This document shows, in pieces, positions 1 to 15,823 of a DNA stretch of 64,000 nucleotides. Source of the DNA: Eledone cirrhosa (lineage: Eukaryota); NCBI GenBank assembly GCA_964016885.1, contig OZ024743.1, positions 69,068,001-69,132,000 of the forward strand, read 5' to 3'. Every line of letters begins with the position of its first letter. Position 1 is the first letter of the stretch. Below the pieces are notes generated by a model. The model saw only the letters and a program-made list of their open reading frames with translations. It ran no database searches and had not been told where the DNA came from. The translations under genes were made by a program, and so were the position numbers.

Positions 1-139
1 ACCACCAACACCACCGACATTAACACCAGCACCATTCTCCCTGCCACCACCACATTTACTAACACTGTCAATTGCACCATTACCACCACCACCATTACTA
101 ATATTGTCAACCACACCACCGCCACTCTCACAACGACAT

Positions 140-165
140 TCAAAAATAACAACTACAATAACAAT

Positions 166-233
<68 letters not shown>

Positions 234-755
234 GTAGCAACGACTACTACATCTACAACAACCACAACAAAGTTAATCAGTATTAAAGCCTCCACTACTA
301 CACCTATATCTACAAGTAGATCTATGACTAATGACTACAACACTTATAACAACTATATATGTCACAACAACAACAACAACAACAACAACGACAACGACAG
401 CATCAACAGCTACACGACTGCAACAACGACAACAACAACGTCAACTACAACGATATCAACAACGACGACAATGACAGCATCAACAGCAACAACAACAGCA
501 ACAACGACAGCATCAACAACAACAACAACAACAACAACGACAACGACAACAACTACAACGACAACGACAGCATCAACAGCTACAACGACGACAACAACGA
601 CAACGACAACGACAACGACAGCTACAACAACAACAACAACTACTACTACTACTACAACGACAACGATAACTACAACGGCAACATCAACAGCTACAACGAC
701 GACAACAACAAGTACGGCTACAACTACAAAGACGACAACAAAAACAAAGACTGAT
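140..755. repeat. (ACT)n/(ACA/ACG)n low-complexity tract
   Basis: Direct inspection. Confidence 0.9.
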
Positions 756-1249
756 ACAACCTCCTTCCCTATAAATGCAAGATCTTATCAGAATGATAGT
801 CAACTAAATGAGGTTAAGTCATCAATTTCTTAAACAATGCACTTCCTAGTCAACTCTCTGACACTGTCTATTGAAATATTGACGCCGATGAAAGGGCCTA
901 GACCCAAACGTCAGACAAGGCACACCTGTAAAACCACACTTTCCACTCCTATTGCCCTCATAAACTGACACTACTTTTGTTACTGTTTCGTCATGTATAG
1001 GTGCAGCCATGGCTGTCTGATTAAGGTATACGTTTCCAGACCATGTGTTGTTGAGTTCGCTCAAACCGTACGGCTCCGTGGTCAAATGTTTTTCACTATA
1101 GCATTGAGTGGGGCAATGATTTTTGTCCGAAGATTGATTTAATTAGACAGAAATAGCACAAGTCTATGTATATTTTAAACTGAAGCTGTTAAAATCATTC
1201 CATACTAACACACACACACACTTGTGCATACCTATATCTCTCTACCTCT

Positions 1250-1318
<69 letters not shown>

Positions 1319-1461
1319 ATGTATAATAAACAATACAATATAATTACCTCATTATTAGAGGTTTCCCGAATAAGACGAATACGAAAGAAACGTCCTCATT
1401 CGTTCGTCGGACAAGGCAATATAAAACATTTATAAATTTCAACAGAAAAAGGCGAGTGCTT

Positions 1462-1505
1462 AGCTCTGATGAATACCAACAGTATGAAACAGAGATCTGT
1501 CAGCT
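1462..1505 (+). ncRNA. Type I hammerhead ribozyme (canonical core)
   Basis: AGCT-CTGATGA-ATAC caaca GTAT-GAAA-CAG agat CTG-TC-AGCT; lies in a single copy (~1440-1672) of the 320-bp family. Confidence 0.8.
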
Positions 1506-2279
1506 TATCTCCCTTTGTTTGTTGAAAAAAGAAGTAAGTGACATAGTCACTACATTAAAACAATAGCGTAAGGTCTTCAAAATGTTTTTAATTAAGCATA
1601 CAGTATATTGCCAAATATACTATATATATATACATTCATATATGCATCGCTATTTCAGAGCACCAATTCTAATATATATATATATGTATGTATATATATA
1701 ATTAGTATTTACGGCTCCTAAGTCTACTGGTAGAGATGTTTATGTTGAAAGGACTGGGCTGTTATTTCTAGCTGTCGATAACCCTTTTCACGCCACTGGC
1801 TTGACGGCAGGGCGATGTGTGTTTTTTAAACCACATGTGCTTTTTCACCATTATTCCCCGATTTGCTTTTAGCGTTTAATCATAGATAGTTGAATCTTCT
1901 CCTTTGCCGATGATCCAAGATTTGATATCTATGATTCACTGATTAATGGTGAAATATATTTCTTCAATGGAATATATACAAAGGAGATTAATCATTCTTG
2001 CAAGGGATCTATATTCAAGGTTCTTGTTAATTTTTAATATGTTACCTCCATGAATATATGTGTTTACACTCTTTACAAATTATTCCCTGTGATTGTTTGG
2101 TGTGTCTATTTTATATATGTATATATCATCCTACATTTCATTTAATATAAATGCTCGGATTTACTACTTGGAATCTTTCAGCTTATTCCACAGGTGGTAT
2201 AGCGCATGCTTCTGATATTCTCAGACATGAAATTATATATATATATATATATATATAATACGGAAAGGAAAAATCTTCG

Positions 2280-2384
<105 letters not shown>

Positions 2385-2562
2385 ATGATAATATTATTTA
2401 TACTTATATATACACTATATATAATTATAAACAGGAAAGGTCAGTAATTCATTACCACCTTATTACCAGTAAGAAAAGTACCTCAATGTAAATACATCAG
2501 ATGTTTTACAGAGCCGAAATATAAATTACAGAATAATCAAAACTATGTTCAAAACATTTTAT

Positions 2563-2609
2563 TGCTGACAATCGTTTCTTCCAAACTTTCGTTTGGAATT
2601 ATCGGAGCA
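2563..2609 (-). ncRNA. Hammerhead-like motif with altered core (CCGAUAA)
   Basis: Reverse complement: TGCT-CCGATAA-TTCCAAAC gaaa GTTTGGAA-GAAA-C gatt G-TC-AGCA. Confidence 0.55.
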
Positions 2610-3401
2610 CTAGCAAAGTTTAGACATATAATTAACCTCCTATCGCACAGAACAATCGGAAAGATACGTAGATGTTAGTGTTGTCATTAACAGTGTCATA
2701 TTTAAAGAGTGAAGATGATGTGGTCAGTATCAGTGGATGCGACAAATATTATAAAAGAATAATACAACTATAGAGGAATTAAAGAAGAAAGTTACTCTCA
2801 AAACGAGGACATTAGCTGTACATATGCAAACGTATAGAAAGAGTGCAGGGGTATTAGGCATGTACAGAATAACCAGGTGAGAAACAAGCAATGGTACTAA
2901 GCATATATATCACAGTATGGCAAAGGTATCACATAATACAATACAGGTATAAAAGCATATTAAGCGGACAGAGATGCGTGGGTATGAAAAGCAGTTTCTA
3001 TGAAGTTTATGGTGGATGCAATGTGATAATTGTCCCGGTAATGTTCAAATGTGCATGTGTTGTGAGTATTAATACCAAGGTTTTCCTTTCCATTACATTG
3101 GTTATATTTTAGTAAATGTTTATCAGTAGTTACTACTATGGATTGTATATTGGTCCTATTACAATCTTATCATGGGTTCGAGTTGTTCTAGAGTGATCTG
3201 ACTAACGGTTTAATTTCAGGAAGTGATTAGAGATCTATACTAAGGGGAGCTAATGTGAAAGGGGAAGTAATTGGCGATTAATTTGTATATAAGTGAAAAA
3301 TGTTTAGTTGTTTACAACTCCAATTAGTTAAATTCTGTGTTAATATACAATATATTAAGTGAATCCTTTTATATAATTTTATTTATTTTTTAGTTTATAT
3401 A

Positions 3402-3450
<49 letters not shown>

Positions 3451-3741
3451 ACACACCCACACACACATAGAAATATAACTAAATATAAAGATAATGAGCC
3501 CCAAATTCCTCCTGTTGTCGGCTATGTTCCGTCATGACACCCATAATGTCTTACGTATATTTCAAAACTGGGTGGGATTAATTCCTCACCAAATCGAGAC
3601 AAGGGATATTTCTTAGAGAGGGAGTTAGTGGGATAAAGATATATAATGGTTGGTGACCACAACTAAAAAAGGTACTCAAAACGTTAGTAGAGTGTAGGTA
3701 TCGTTACCGTAATTTATACACAAATTACTTGTAGATCTTGT

Positions 3742-3788
<47 letters not shown>

Positions 3789-4661
3789 TTCTTGAAAACG
3801 TGAGTTGACATAGATATTTTGATAGTTTTGGAGGCCCTTACGAGTCTAAAGAATTTACATTAATACCTTTGGGAGTCATTGACAATTAACATTTTTCTAA
3901 ACAGTAGTAAAATATTTCCATCGTGTGCCAAGTAAGCTTTTTCAGCAATGCTGGTATAATCAATGCCTCCGTCTCTTTCGCTTTCCCCATCTCTCACTGT
4001 TATAAGTAAATAGGAGCCCACGCACAGTGCGCCCCGCGGCCCAGACAGATAGAATAGAGAAGGCGTTTCCTTGGACGTGGTGAGGAAGGCGCGTTGGAAG
4101 AGACATTCCAGCTCGCGTGGCTCACACCTGCAGGTAGCCAAATACATGCCGATTGTGGTGAATAGGGAGGTGGTACTAGGGCCACGGACACCAGTAGTTT
4201 CCACTGCTACAGGTAGCCAAATTCATGCCGATAGTGGTGAATAGGGTGTAGACCAAGGGCTAGGACACCAGAAGTCTCCTCTGCAAACCTCTCGGAGATC
4301 GACCGATATTTGGAGAGTTTACCTTCCTCGGCCAGAGGGCAGCAGGATCTGGATTCTAATATAATTGAATTAAATGTTGCTTCATTTATGAATATCAAAA
4401 CGTTCAAATCTGGCCAGGGCAAGAATTGAGAGATATGAGACGGAAGAAAAACCTTAAGTTTTTTGTTTTTGTTTTAAATTCGGAGCCCTAAGGATTCTAC
4501 CAATTGGTAGTATAGGAATAATATATGTGTTCCGGGTGGGGGTCCGTTTTCCACCTCTACAATAAGAGATCGACAGATTAATGTTAAACGATGTCATCCT
4601 CGTGATGCAGATTTGTGTGTGTCTGTTTATATGTGTGTATGCATACACATCTGCATGTATA

Positions 4662-4737
<76 letters not shown>

Positions 4738-4922
4738 ATACTTTGGGAGGGTCATGTTGCCAATGACCCTTCCAAAGTATAACAATATCGGTTTCAACAC
4801 ACGATTTCATATAAAGAATCTTGCTAAACAAATTCAGAAACGATATATATATATATTCAAACCAGAATGGTTGCATTTTTTAAGGGTATGTCATTATATA
4901 TTTATAAAACTAAACTATATTA

Positions 4923-4988
4923 TATTTTATCTGATGAAAGCGCACCATAGTTTGCTTTGGTGGCCCTTGGAATATGTATAATTAAATA
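4923..4988 (+). ncRNA. Decayed hammerhead (TA-stem-III family)
   Basis: TATTTTAT-CTGATGA...GGAA (GAAA mutated)-TATGTA-TA-ATTAAATA; homologous to 32464-32526. Confidence 0.45.
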
Positions 4989-5027
4989 AATATGGTTTTA
5001 TAAATATAGTTTCAATTTGTTAATATA

Positions 5028-5080
<53 letters not shown>

Positions 5081-5148
5081 GTGTGTGAGTGTGTGTATAT
5101 ATATATATATATATGTATATACATACATATATATATATATATATGTAT

Positions 5149-5189
<41 letters not shown>

Positions 5190-5190
5190 C

Positions 5191-5221
<31 letters not shown>

Positions 5222-5242
5222 CATACATATATATATATATAT

Positions 5243-5326
<84 letters not shown>

Positions 5327-5425
5327 ATATACATATATATATTTATGTTTAAACATATACATATATATGTATATATATGTATATATACATATATACATAT
5401 ATATATATGTATATACATATAATTC

Positions 5426-5462
<37 letters not shown>

Positions 5463-6249
5463 CATATATATATATATATATACATACATATATATATGTA
5501 TATATGTATAGTATGACACACACAAACACACACACATACATATATACATACACTCATTGTTCTTTGTAGGTAGCATTTATATATATAATTTTTTTTCTTT
5601 GTTGTTCCGATGACAAATGACATTTGAAATATCAAAGAAACTTTTTTACTTTGATGTTTATCAGAACACGGCGAATCGTGTTAAATACTATATCATTCTA
5701 TATTACTACAGTCAAACTCCAAACGTTACTTTTTACTTCATCGTGATTGTTGGTATTATTACTATTGTTATTATGTCTAGTAGCGTACTACAGCCTCAGT
5801 TAGTTACAGTGATATCAATAAGGGTAAAAACACAGTTGTAACGAAAGTAGGAGGTGAAATAAATATGACGAAATGAATGAAAGAACTAGCAAGTAAATTG
5901 AAGTTGTCGAAAATGGTGGTAAATGAAATATTGTCGTCATCGTTGTTATTGTCGTTATCATTGTCGTCATCTTTGTTGTCATCGTTGCCGCCATACCGAC
6001 AGTAGCCAGAGTTTTCAACCTTAAAGGATCACATTTTTATTGAAATTTTTATAATTAAGTTACATATATAATTTACTGCAATCAATTAATATGTTTCTAA
6101 TTTACAGAAATATTAAACACATACACACACATATATACATACATACATACATACATACATAATACATACATACATACATACATACATACATACATACATA
6201 CATACATACATACATACATACATACATACATACATACATACATACATAC

Positions 6250-6850
6250 TACTTCACTCCTTTGGCGCTAAACTCCGCCAGTTTTAGACTGCGCATCAAC
6301 ATAAGATATTTCTCTCCACAAAGTTCGATCACCAACAGCAGAGTTTAAAAAGCAAAGATGAAGTCCAGCCCATAGTATGACATTATGAAGACATCGTTTT
6401 GGCTGCCGACCTCTGCTTCTCTTACCAACCAACCGTCCTTCCAGGCATAACCTACTCACACCACGATCTGTTTATATGACTGTATAGTTTGAGTACACTT
6501 GACATGACAATTGATGTAATTGGTCTAAGCTCTCTGATACAGATACGGTCGCTGACCGGCTTGCCAGTCTCATGATGTGGTTCTGGAATGTAGAGAGCTT
6601 CTGAAGTGACCTTGTCGTCCAATTAAGAGTCAAGATAACTGGTAGGATGTAAGTATCACAGATCTTAGCCTTCAAATGATAGGAAACTCGTTTTGATGTT
6701 AGTACTTCATTGTTCTTGTTGAAAGCTGCCCAGCCTAGAGCGATGTGATACTGCGCAGCAACCATTCCATTGTTGTTTGATGATTGTTTGTGAGCGAGAT
6801 ATAGACACTCGGTAACTTGAGCAATTTGCTGGTTGTAGATTGAGTTCGAG
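6250..6850 (-). mobile_element. Decayed RTE-like LINE 3' fragment
   Basis: LEGRLVGKRSRGRQ and YILPVIL motifs; (TATG)n tail at 6135-6249. Confidence 0.7.
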
Positions 6851-7157
6851 ATACATACATATATATACATATATACGAGTGGCGAAGGGTAACCTGGAAA
6901 GCAGGGCATGCAGTCCAATCGCAATGGCGGAAAGTGGGGCTCTGCAACGTTACCCCCCTAATTCCCTCTAAATGACCCTCCCGGTCGAAGCCGCATGTAG
7001 TGTTACCTAGTGTGTTTGTGTGTGTGTGTTATCTTTTTTATGTGTTTATTTAGTAAGCAGCCAAAATTATGATTGCTTCAACCGACGTAAAATGATCAAC
7101 TCAAGATTCTATAGCGCATACACTGCATGCGTTGCATGCACGCACCCTTCGCCCCTG

Positions 7158-7208
<51 letters not shown>

Positions 7209-7212
7209 CACA

Positions 7213-7296
7213 CAGTGGGTGTCCCAAAAAATTAATACACACTTCTAACAGCATTTTGATAATAGTGTGTATACATTTTTTGCAACGCCCTGGTGT
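7213..7296. mobile_element. Tiny Tc1/mariner-like hairpin MITE
   Basis: GGGTGTCCCAAAAAATTAATACACACT / AGTGTGTATACATTTTTTGCAACGCCC imperfect inverted repeat. Confidence 0.4.
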
Positions 7297-8809
7297 AACT
7301 GTATATATATGTATATATATATACTATTTTAAGGTATAACAACATATATACGATTTATGATGCTTGTGTTTCTGAATTAAATTTTGCTGATCTATCTCCG
7401 GCGAAATTATATTTTAAGTGGTAGTATTCCTGCGACAATTAATTTCCTTTGGACATTAAAATTATTATGCATGACCCAAAAAAAAACAACAACAAAAAAT
7501 ACATTACTAGAAATCTTATACGTTATAAAATACATAGGATGGGTTGGTGGTCTCAAAATGTAAACTGAACGACTAATTCTGGTTTCATAGAAAAGCAACG
7601 GTGTCAACCTAAAACAAATTCCCGTCCTCCCTCTCCGCCGGCATATTCCAACTCCCTCGATTATTTAGTACGCGAGAGTAACTTAACGTAGTTATCAGCG
7701 GAATTCGGACCGACAAACTAATGTTTGCCAGTTCAGTGATTTGAAGGAACATGAAATAAAGTGTCTTGACCAATGACATAAGACATCGCTGAGAATAGAA
7801 TTCAGGACCTTGAGAGCATCAGCCGAACTAACTAAACAGTAAATCATGTGCCTTCACTACTAGTACATATGAATGGCTCACTAAATAGACACTTGCTTTC
7901 CTCCCTTGAAAGCCATTTCCTACTATATCAACGGACAAACTATTATATATCATTGTACTCTATCGTATCCACATGTTTTTCCTCGTTGTTTTTTGCATAT
8001 ATATATATAGATTCTACCCCCGACATAGGTGTATACATACAAGTATCTGAATTTCGTATGTATAATATACGGTATGTTTAATAAATAAATATCTGAAAAA
8101 CTGTCTAGCTATGAATATTAAAAGGCTGGTGCTAACGCCGTCTAGTTGATTCCAGCAGAAACAGGCCTCATCTGCATGGAAAACTGGACGTTAAACGGTG
8201 ATGATCACGATGATGATATATAACCACAGCATATACGTTTAACATCATATTGGCCCCGTAATGAACTCAAAACGCTAAAAAATAAAAGCAATCTGAGAGA
8301 ATGCGGTCATGTTGCAAGACTGAACAGCCATGAAATAACGATTCTAAAAGGAGCTTGGAAGAGAGAGAAATGAGGGGAGGGGGTCACGGAGACGAGGTTG
8401 ATCCTTCAAACGGTGGTTAAGTGATTAATGTGTTTCTGCTGATTGTCATGTGATATGTCAATAGGAATAACATAGATGTTTGATCCAATAACACACGCTA
8501 AATTTGATGTAAAAATTTGTTCGGTTTTCTTAGCTTTAAACAGTTTACAACAGATACGAGTTTTCCTTCCAGTCGAGTGTACAGTCACATAGATTTTCTA
8601 TCATTTCTCGCTTGTATAAAAATCCATCATTTACGTTGAAGTTTATCAATGAAATCTTAACCACTATATTACATTATATGTGTATATACATATATATGTG
8701 TGTATATAGTAATAATAATAAATGTGAAGACTATGTGTGTGTACACCTACACTCTCTCTAACACACACACACATATGTATATGAATGTATATATGTATAT
8801 GTATATATG

Positions 8810-8896
<87 letters not shown>

Positions 8897-8902
<6 letters not shown>

Positions 8903-9025
8903 ATAGCCGTCGAAACGGCTTGAGCTCTGCCGTCGTGGTTAAACATTTTCCTATTACTCACGCTACTACCCTAAGTATTGAGTACTCTGGTGCGTTATGG
9001 TCCATCTAGTTCCTTACAACACTTC

Positions 9026-9030
<5 letters not shown>
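8897..9030 (+). mobile_element. 3'-end fragment of a related Naiad-like element
   Basis: TAGCCGTCGAAACGGCTTGAGCTC...GTATTGAGTACT..GGTGCGTTATGGTCCA, flanked by (TA)n. Confidence 0.75.
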
Positions 9031-9106
<76 letters not shown>

Positions 9107-10281
9107 GTGTATATATATATAATGTTTAAGTGTGTATGTTCTTGTGTGTATTTGTATGTGTATTTGTATATGATTGTGTGCGTATATGTATGCATGTGAG
9201 TGAATGTGTATGTGTGAATATACATGAGTATATGTGTGTATATTTGTATATGTGTTTGTATATGTATGGGGGTGTATATGTTATTGATTGTGCTAGTGTG
9301 ATCTCCTATTAACTGCTATGTTGCTACGTTGCACAATATAATTACTTGTGTTGCATTTCTTATGATATTACTTGGAAAAAGTACATTTATTATTATATCC
9401 ATCAGATAAAGTCACATTTTCAATTTGCCAAACAATTTCAAAGTAGACAGCAGGTTTTATGTTACCTCCATCATGGCTGTCATGGCTGTTTTTCAAACAT
9501 CTGGCCATTTGGCATCATTAATAAATATATATGTCCGGTGGTTGTTGAAGACGGGTTTGAAATAACAGTATTTCTGCTATATGTGTCTATAATGGACCCG
9601 TATATTCTGGTGCGTCACCATAACATCCGGCATATCTTGAGCCCTGTAAACTAAGGAGGGCCTAGTTGTTCCTAAAAAGAACAAAACATGAATGAACGGA
9701 AGTGAAAAAGGGATTGGAATAGTCCTTTTTTTATCAAGATCGAAAGGGTTCAGAGAGCCTTATGAATAACGCAAAGCATTCTTTCAGTTGTCCTAACGAA
9801 TTTGTTAATTTGCCACCTATCGCTCTGATATGTGAGGGCGTGTGTACAAGGCTTTCCCCCTACAATTTCCTAATTATATAGAGAACAAACATGACATTCG
9901 ATAATGTCTTTTATATGGAGGATCAGGATTTCATATTCGAAAACAAAGTACACCTGCAATTGTGTTTTTAATCTTCATCTATGCATATGTGTTTTGGGAT
10001 CCAACTGCAGAAGCACAGAGAGTGATACAAGTATTGACAATGCTATGTTACAGCACCATATACATATCACACTTGAACTAGAGGCATCCCAAACGATCAA
10101 ACCTACAAAAACATCGGACATCATATTGGCCCCGTGAAAACGTCGCAAGAGTGGAGAGAGGCACTCTGAGAAGATACAATCTTGAATTAGATTCAATGTC
10201 GTTGTAACGATCAATTTACCAGGAAACTAGAGGTGAGAGACGAAGAGTTAGATTGAGGAAGATATGGACAGCCTACATTAA

Positions 10282-10499
10282 CCCTTTACCAGTTACACCG
10301 GCTGTATCCTGCCAGAGTGCTCTCACCTCTTTATGCTCAAACTGACTGTAACCGGCTACTCATACTGTTAAAGTATTGTTCTTAAAATAAATAATATCAA
10401 AGTCTCATAGATTTGATATTATGTGAGATCATTGTGTGAGGTAAAGCTTTTACCACAAAAATATAATAGTAAATATAGAGTAATATAAATGCTAAATAG
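10282..10499. mobile_element. piggyBac-type MITE, same family in opposite orientation
   Basis: TTAA-CCCTTTA...TAAATGCTAAATAG-TTAA; internal similarity to 23279-23478. Confidence 0.55.
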
Positions 10500-11388
10500 T
10501 TAAACAATGGTTACACAAAGCTTTGTCGGTGACCTGAAATCTGGTACACAACCATGAGAGTTGGGGAGTCCTGGTGTTACGCACATCACAACTGTTACTC
10601 CACGGTTTCAACAGAGGTTGAGCGAGCCTACAATAAGATACAGAGCAAAGTATGTTATCACCTACCAGATGTCTATTTCTGGAGATTTACCTCTCAGCAT
10701 AACATTTGTGCGCCCATCATCAAACTATTAGGTTATCAGAGGGAAATGTTTCTTCTTACATGGGAAATTATTGCACCTTAGCTTACGTTTTTGATACAAA
10801 TCTCATCTGCCGTCTTCCATGACGCCTCGCGCAAATGACAATAAAAACATCTTCATCGTAAATGCTTTTCAAAGAATAACCCATTTCGGCTTAGCTCACA
10901 GCCTACGGAATTCAATAATATCGCTCACGATATTATACACGATTGGCATCAAATAATATAACACAGCCCACACAATACAAAATCTCATTATTGTCACCCG
11001 GCACGAAAGCACAAATTACACATCTCACACACCCTCCCAAAATTAAGATAGCACACATGAAACCATCTCACACACCTTGCCAAAATTATGAGAACACACA
11101 TGAAACACAAATACGAGACAAGAAAATAACATAACTTACATTACAGTCATCTACTCGACAAACAAAAAAACAAAACCTCTAAAGCAACACCTGAAACAAC
11201 AACAAATTTAAATCACAACACATGAAATTAGATGCAGAATACCAAGGCAACACTACACCACCACAATCACCAGCGATGTACAAACCTCAAAAATATGAAT
11301 GCACACTTGGGTGTGCATTAGAAATGAGCATGACACTGCTGTTGTAGAAGACAAATCTTTAAAATGCACTTCACCATCTGATACAACA

Positions 11389-11455
<67 letters not shown>

Positions 11456-11847
11456 TTACTAGCAATAATAATAATATCAACAATAATATTACTAATAATA
11501 GTAACCACAATGGTAATAACGACAGCAAATAACATTATGAAAATATCCATTGATGAAAGATATTGTTGAGGAAAGAAAATGCATGAAATGTTAAATAGAG
11601 CAGCTAAAATGTTGTTACATAATAATCTACCAATTGCATGATGGAAAACATTGAATATAACAAAATCGTGTGAAATATTGCAACAATTAACTCTTAATAG
11701 CTCTGTTGATTTTATTTCTCCCTCACGTTCTTTGCCACAATTCACAATTTCACGCATACCTGTACGCTTTGCACAACATTCGACATATACTGCATTGCTG
11801 TCCCCGTATGCATACACTCACACACACACACACACACACACACACAG

Positions 11848-11972
<125 letters not shown>

Positions 11973-12065
11973 TTGTGTGTGTGTCTGTATATATTTATTT
12001 ATATACATATAATATATATATATATATATCCATGTGTGAACATTCAAAACACACACACACCAAAC

Positions 12066-12105
<40 letters not shown>

Positions 12106-12192
12106 TATATGTGTGTGTGTGTTTATATATATCCATGCGTGAACATACAAAACACACACACACATCACACACTAAATATATATATATGTATG

Positions 12193-12286
<94 letters not shown>

Positions 12287-13658
12287 GTGGGGGTTGTCTC
12301 TTTGTATTTCTTCTCCCAGCCCTTTCTAACTCTTTCTCTTTATGCCTCTTTCTCTGCCTCGATTTCTTTCAAATTTATCTTTCGTTTAATCTCGAATAAC
12401 ATTTTGCGTTTTAAAAAACAACAAAAAACAATGACAAACACTCACATAATCAATACACGCAGACACAATAACACACACACACACAACACTCACACACAAA
12501 CATACACAACGCTCACACACAAACGCACACAAACACATGCGCGCGCATACACACACACGCGCACACACAAATACACACACACCAACTGCTACACGCCCAA
12601 ACAGATACACGCATACATTTACACAGCAAAACAAATCACCCTTCCGCCTCACGAAATAAATGAACGAAAAAAAAAATGAAATAAAATAGAGAAGTATATG
12701 AAGGATTAAAAAAGGAATGAAAAACATCAACGAAAGATGAGAATTGGAAGAAATATAAAAAAAAAAAATTTGAATAAAAGAACGAAAAAGGAAAAATACA
12801 ACGAAATTTGTTTTTTAAATGATGGCCGACTTATTTTTTCCTTCTCGCTTTTGTTAGTTAAGCCATATTCGCCATTTGCTATTTTAGACGCAAAGAAACA
12901 GCGACTGTCTTTTCAGTTGAAAGTGGAGTGATACTCGAGTCATAATTGCAAATCACAGATCTATCGTAATATTTTCTTCAATTTTTAATCTGACACCCCC
13001 CCCCTATCTCTCCTATTACCACCACCACCAACACCACCACCTCCATGAAAGTGGTGGTGATGCTGCTGCTTCTGATAATAACCTCATGCACCATTCTTCA
13101 CTAACACGTACCAAATAATATGACATCACAAATGCCATTCAATTGTTGAAGTTGAATATTTTTTTCAAATAGGAGGACGTGAAAGCAAAAACAACAGCAA
13201 CAGACACGTACAGATTAGCAACATCGGTAACTACTACTGCAACAACGCCGACAACGTCTACTATAACAACAACTGCAGCGTCTACAGTAACAACGACAGC
13301 ATTTACAGAAATACCAACCACAACATCTATAGTAATAACAACACCCATGACAACATCTATTTTAACAACGACATATACATTAAAAACAACCATAACATCT
13401 ACAGTAACAAAATTGGAAGAGACACCAACATCCTGCATATTTCAAGCAACAAGAATAGAGAAGTTGGGGATGCCACAATCATTCAGAAGGAAATAGAAAA
13501 GGGTATGCGCATACTCAACGACAAAATCACCAGAGCTCCTAAAATATGGAAGGCCGAAGTTTATCGAAGCTATATAGCATACTATATACACTGTTCGGTG
13601 CTATGAAAAACATTTTAGAAGCCAGTCAAGTGTGTGTGAAAATATGTAGAGGGGTACG

Positions 13659-13697
<39 letters not shown>

Positions 13698-13900
13698 TAG
13701 AAAAGGGAAGTAAGGTTCTATACAAAACAGTGGATATAGAGAAAAGGTGAAGTTGGAAATAGCACGGAAAATGTATTTAAGGGTCTCTTTTTCTTTTTTA
13801 TCCTTTCTTTGATTCGTCAAAGTGACATTATTGAAAAAATGAGAGAGACAATTCTTTAAAAAAAGTTTTATAATGTATATAAAGTATATATATATTAAGA

Positions 13901-13975
<75 letters not shown>

Positions 13976-13980
<5 letters not shown>

Positions 13981-15217
13981 TCTTAACAGGATCCAGCCTG
14001 AGATGGAGAAGAAGCTCAGGGACAACCAGAGCGGCTTCAGAGAGGGTAGATCAACCACCAGTCACATACCGATGCTGAGGAGGATATTAGAGGGAGCTAG
14101 AGCAAAGTGCCTTCCTGCAGTCATGGTTTCAATTGACTTTAGGAAGGCCTTTGACTCTGTGGACCGTTACTGCATGATGAAGATCTTACAGGCTTATGGA
14201 ATCCCCAAGAGGATAGTGGACCTGATATCACTGCTCTACACCAACACCAAAACCCAAGTCATTACACCTGATGGAATGACAGAGTTCTTTGAGATACTGG
14301 CTGGAGTGCTCCGGGGAGATACATTGGCTCCCTACCTTGTTATCATCGTAGTGGACTATTGTATGCGCCTTGCACTGGAGAAACACCAGGACTCTGGCTT
14401 TACTGTAGCACCGGCTCAGAGCAGGAGAGTTGGGGCGAAAAAGGTATCGGATGCTGAATTTGCCGACGACATAGTTTTGGTGACAAATACAGTGAAGGAG
14501 GCAGAGGATTTGATGCGGGAGGTTGAGACTGTGTCGATGAGTGTGGGGCTGAGAATGAATGAGACTAAAACAAAATATCTGGTAGAGAATGTTGAGAAGT
14601 CAGAGGGGATCACTAATGTAGGCGGGAAGCCGCTAGAATTGGTTGAGAGCTTCCTGTATTTGGGAGCAAAGATTGGGAATACGGAAGATGATGTGGTTGA
14701 GAGAAAGAGCAAGGCCTGGGCGGCGTGCCACAGCTTGAGATCGGTGTGGAAGTCGGACCTTCGTAGAGACCTGAAAATCCGCTTCTTCATTGCTGTAGTG
14801 GAGTCTGTGCTGCTGTATGGGTCTGAGACTTGGACACTGACCAAGAAACTCACTCAGATGGTGGATGGGTGCTACACGAGAATGCTGAGGATGGCTCTGA
14901 ACATTAATCAGTAAACACTGAGGATGAAAAACCTAGAGCTGTATGGGAGCATCCCAAAAGTCAGCTCAAAAGTGACACAGAGTAGATTGAGGTTAGCTGG
15001 ACATGCTCACCGACATCCAGAGTTGATATTGCACTCAGTGCTCCTTTGGGAGCCCCTACATGGACACACTAGAAGAGGAAGACCAAGGTTAACGTATGTT
15101 GATGCCCTAAGGACAGACACTGATCTGTTGGAGACGCAGGACATGGCAGCGATAATGAGGGACAGAGACCGCTGGAGAGAACTCGTCCATGGATCTCGGG
15201 AATTTTACCCACCATAG
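13976..15217 (+). pseudogene. 5'-truncated RTE-like LINE reverse transcriptase
   Basis: QSGFR, IDFRKAFDSV, GVLRGDTLAP, FADDIVL, YLG, RGRPR; single in-frame TAA at 14912; inserted in (TA)n. Confidence 0.9.
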
Positions 15218-15249
15218 AATATATATGTATATATATATATACATACATA

Positions 15250-15466
15250 TTTGGTGGGTCATATTGTTATAATATTGCCAAAATAATAATAAAACACACT
15301 CACTGTTTGCTTTGGATGGGTTTTCGATTCTGTATATTTTATATCCCTATAGTTAATTTAGCTAGCAATCAATGTTTATCATTCATTGACCAAAGATTAA
15401 AAATATAGATATGAATGTATATGTATATATAGACTATCAAAGTTCTTACATCACACATATGTGACA

Positions 15467-15530
<64 letters not shown>

Positions 15531-15772
15531 TATATATTTATATCGATATGTTTCACCGTTGGTCAATGAATGATAAATATTGATTGCCAGCTAAATTATC
15601 TATGGAGATATAAAATATATAGAAGTGAAAACCAATCCAAACCAAACAGTGAATGTGTTTTATTATTATTTCTGGCAATATTATAACAATACGACCCTCC
15701 CCAAATATAATAATATTTGTTTCAACACACGATTTTATATTAAAAAAAACTTGCAAAACAAATTCATCGCCG
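15250..15772. repeat. Diverged inverted pair of PLE 3'-end sequences
   Basis: 15250-15395 (-) and 15557-15772 (+) resemble 55790-55940; a mini-hairpin copy lies at 4731-4842. Confidence 0.55.
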
Positions 15773-15789
15773 TATATATATACATATAT

Positions 15790-15823
<34 letters not shown>

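Noticed and set aside
878-918. CCGATGA-AAGGG..CCC-AAACGTC hammerhead-like string
   Set aside because: G12 missing and no adjacent stem I; at most a remnant.
1900-1970. CCGATGA...GAAA candidate (homologue at ~25440-25510 reads TTGAAAA)
   Set aside because: Could not form stem III and a cleavage triplet in register.
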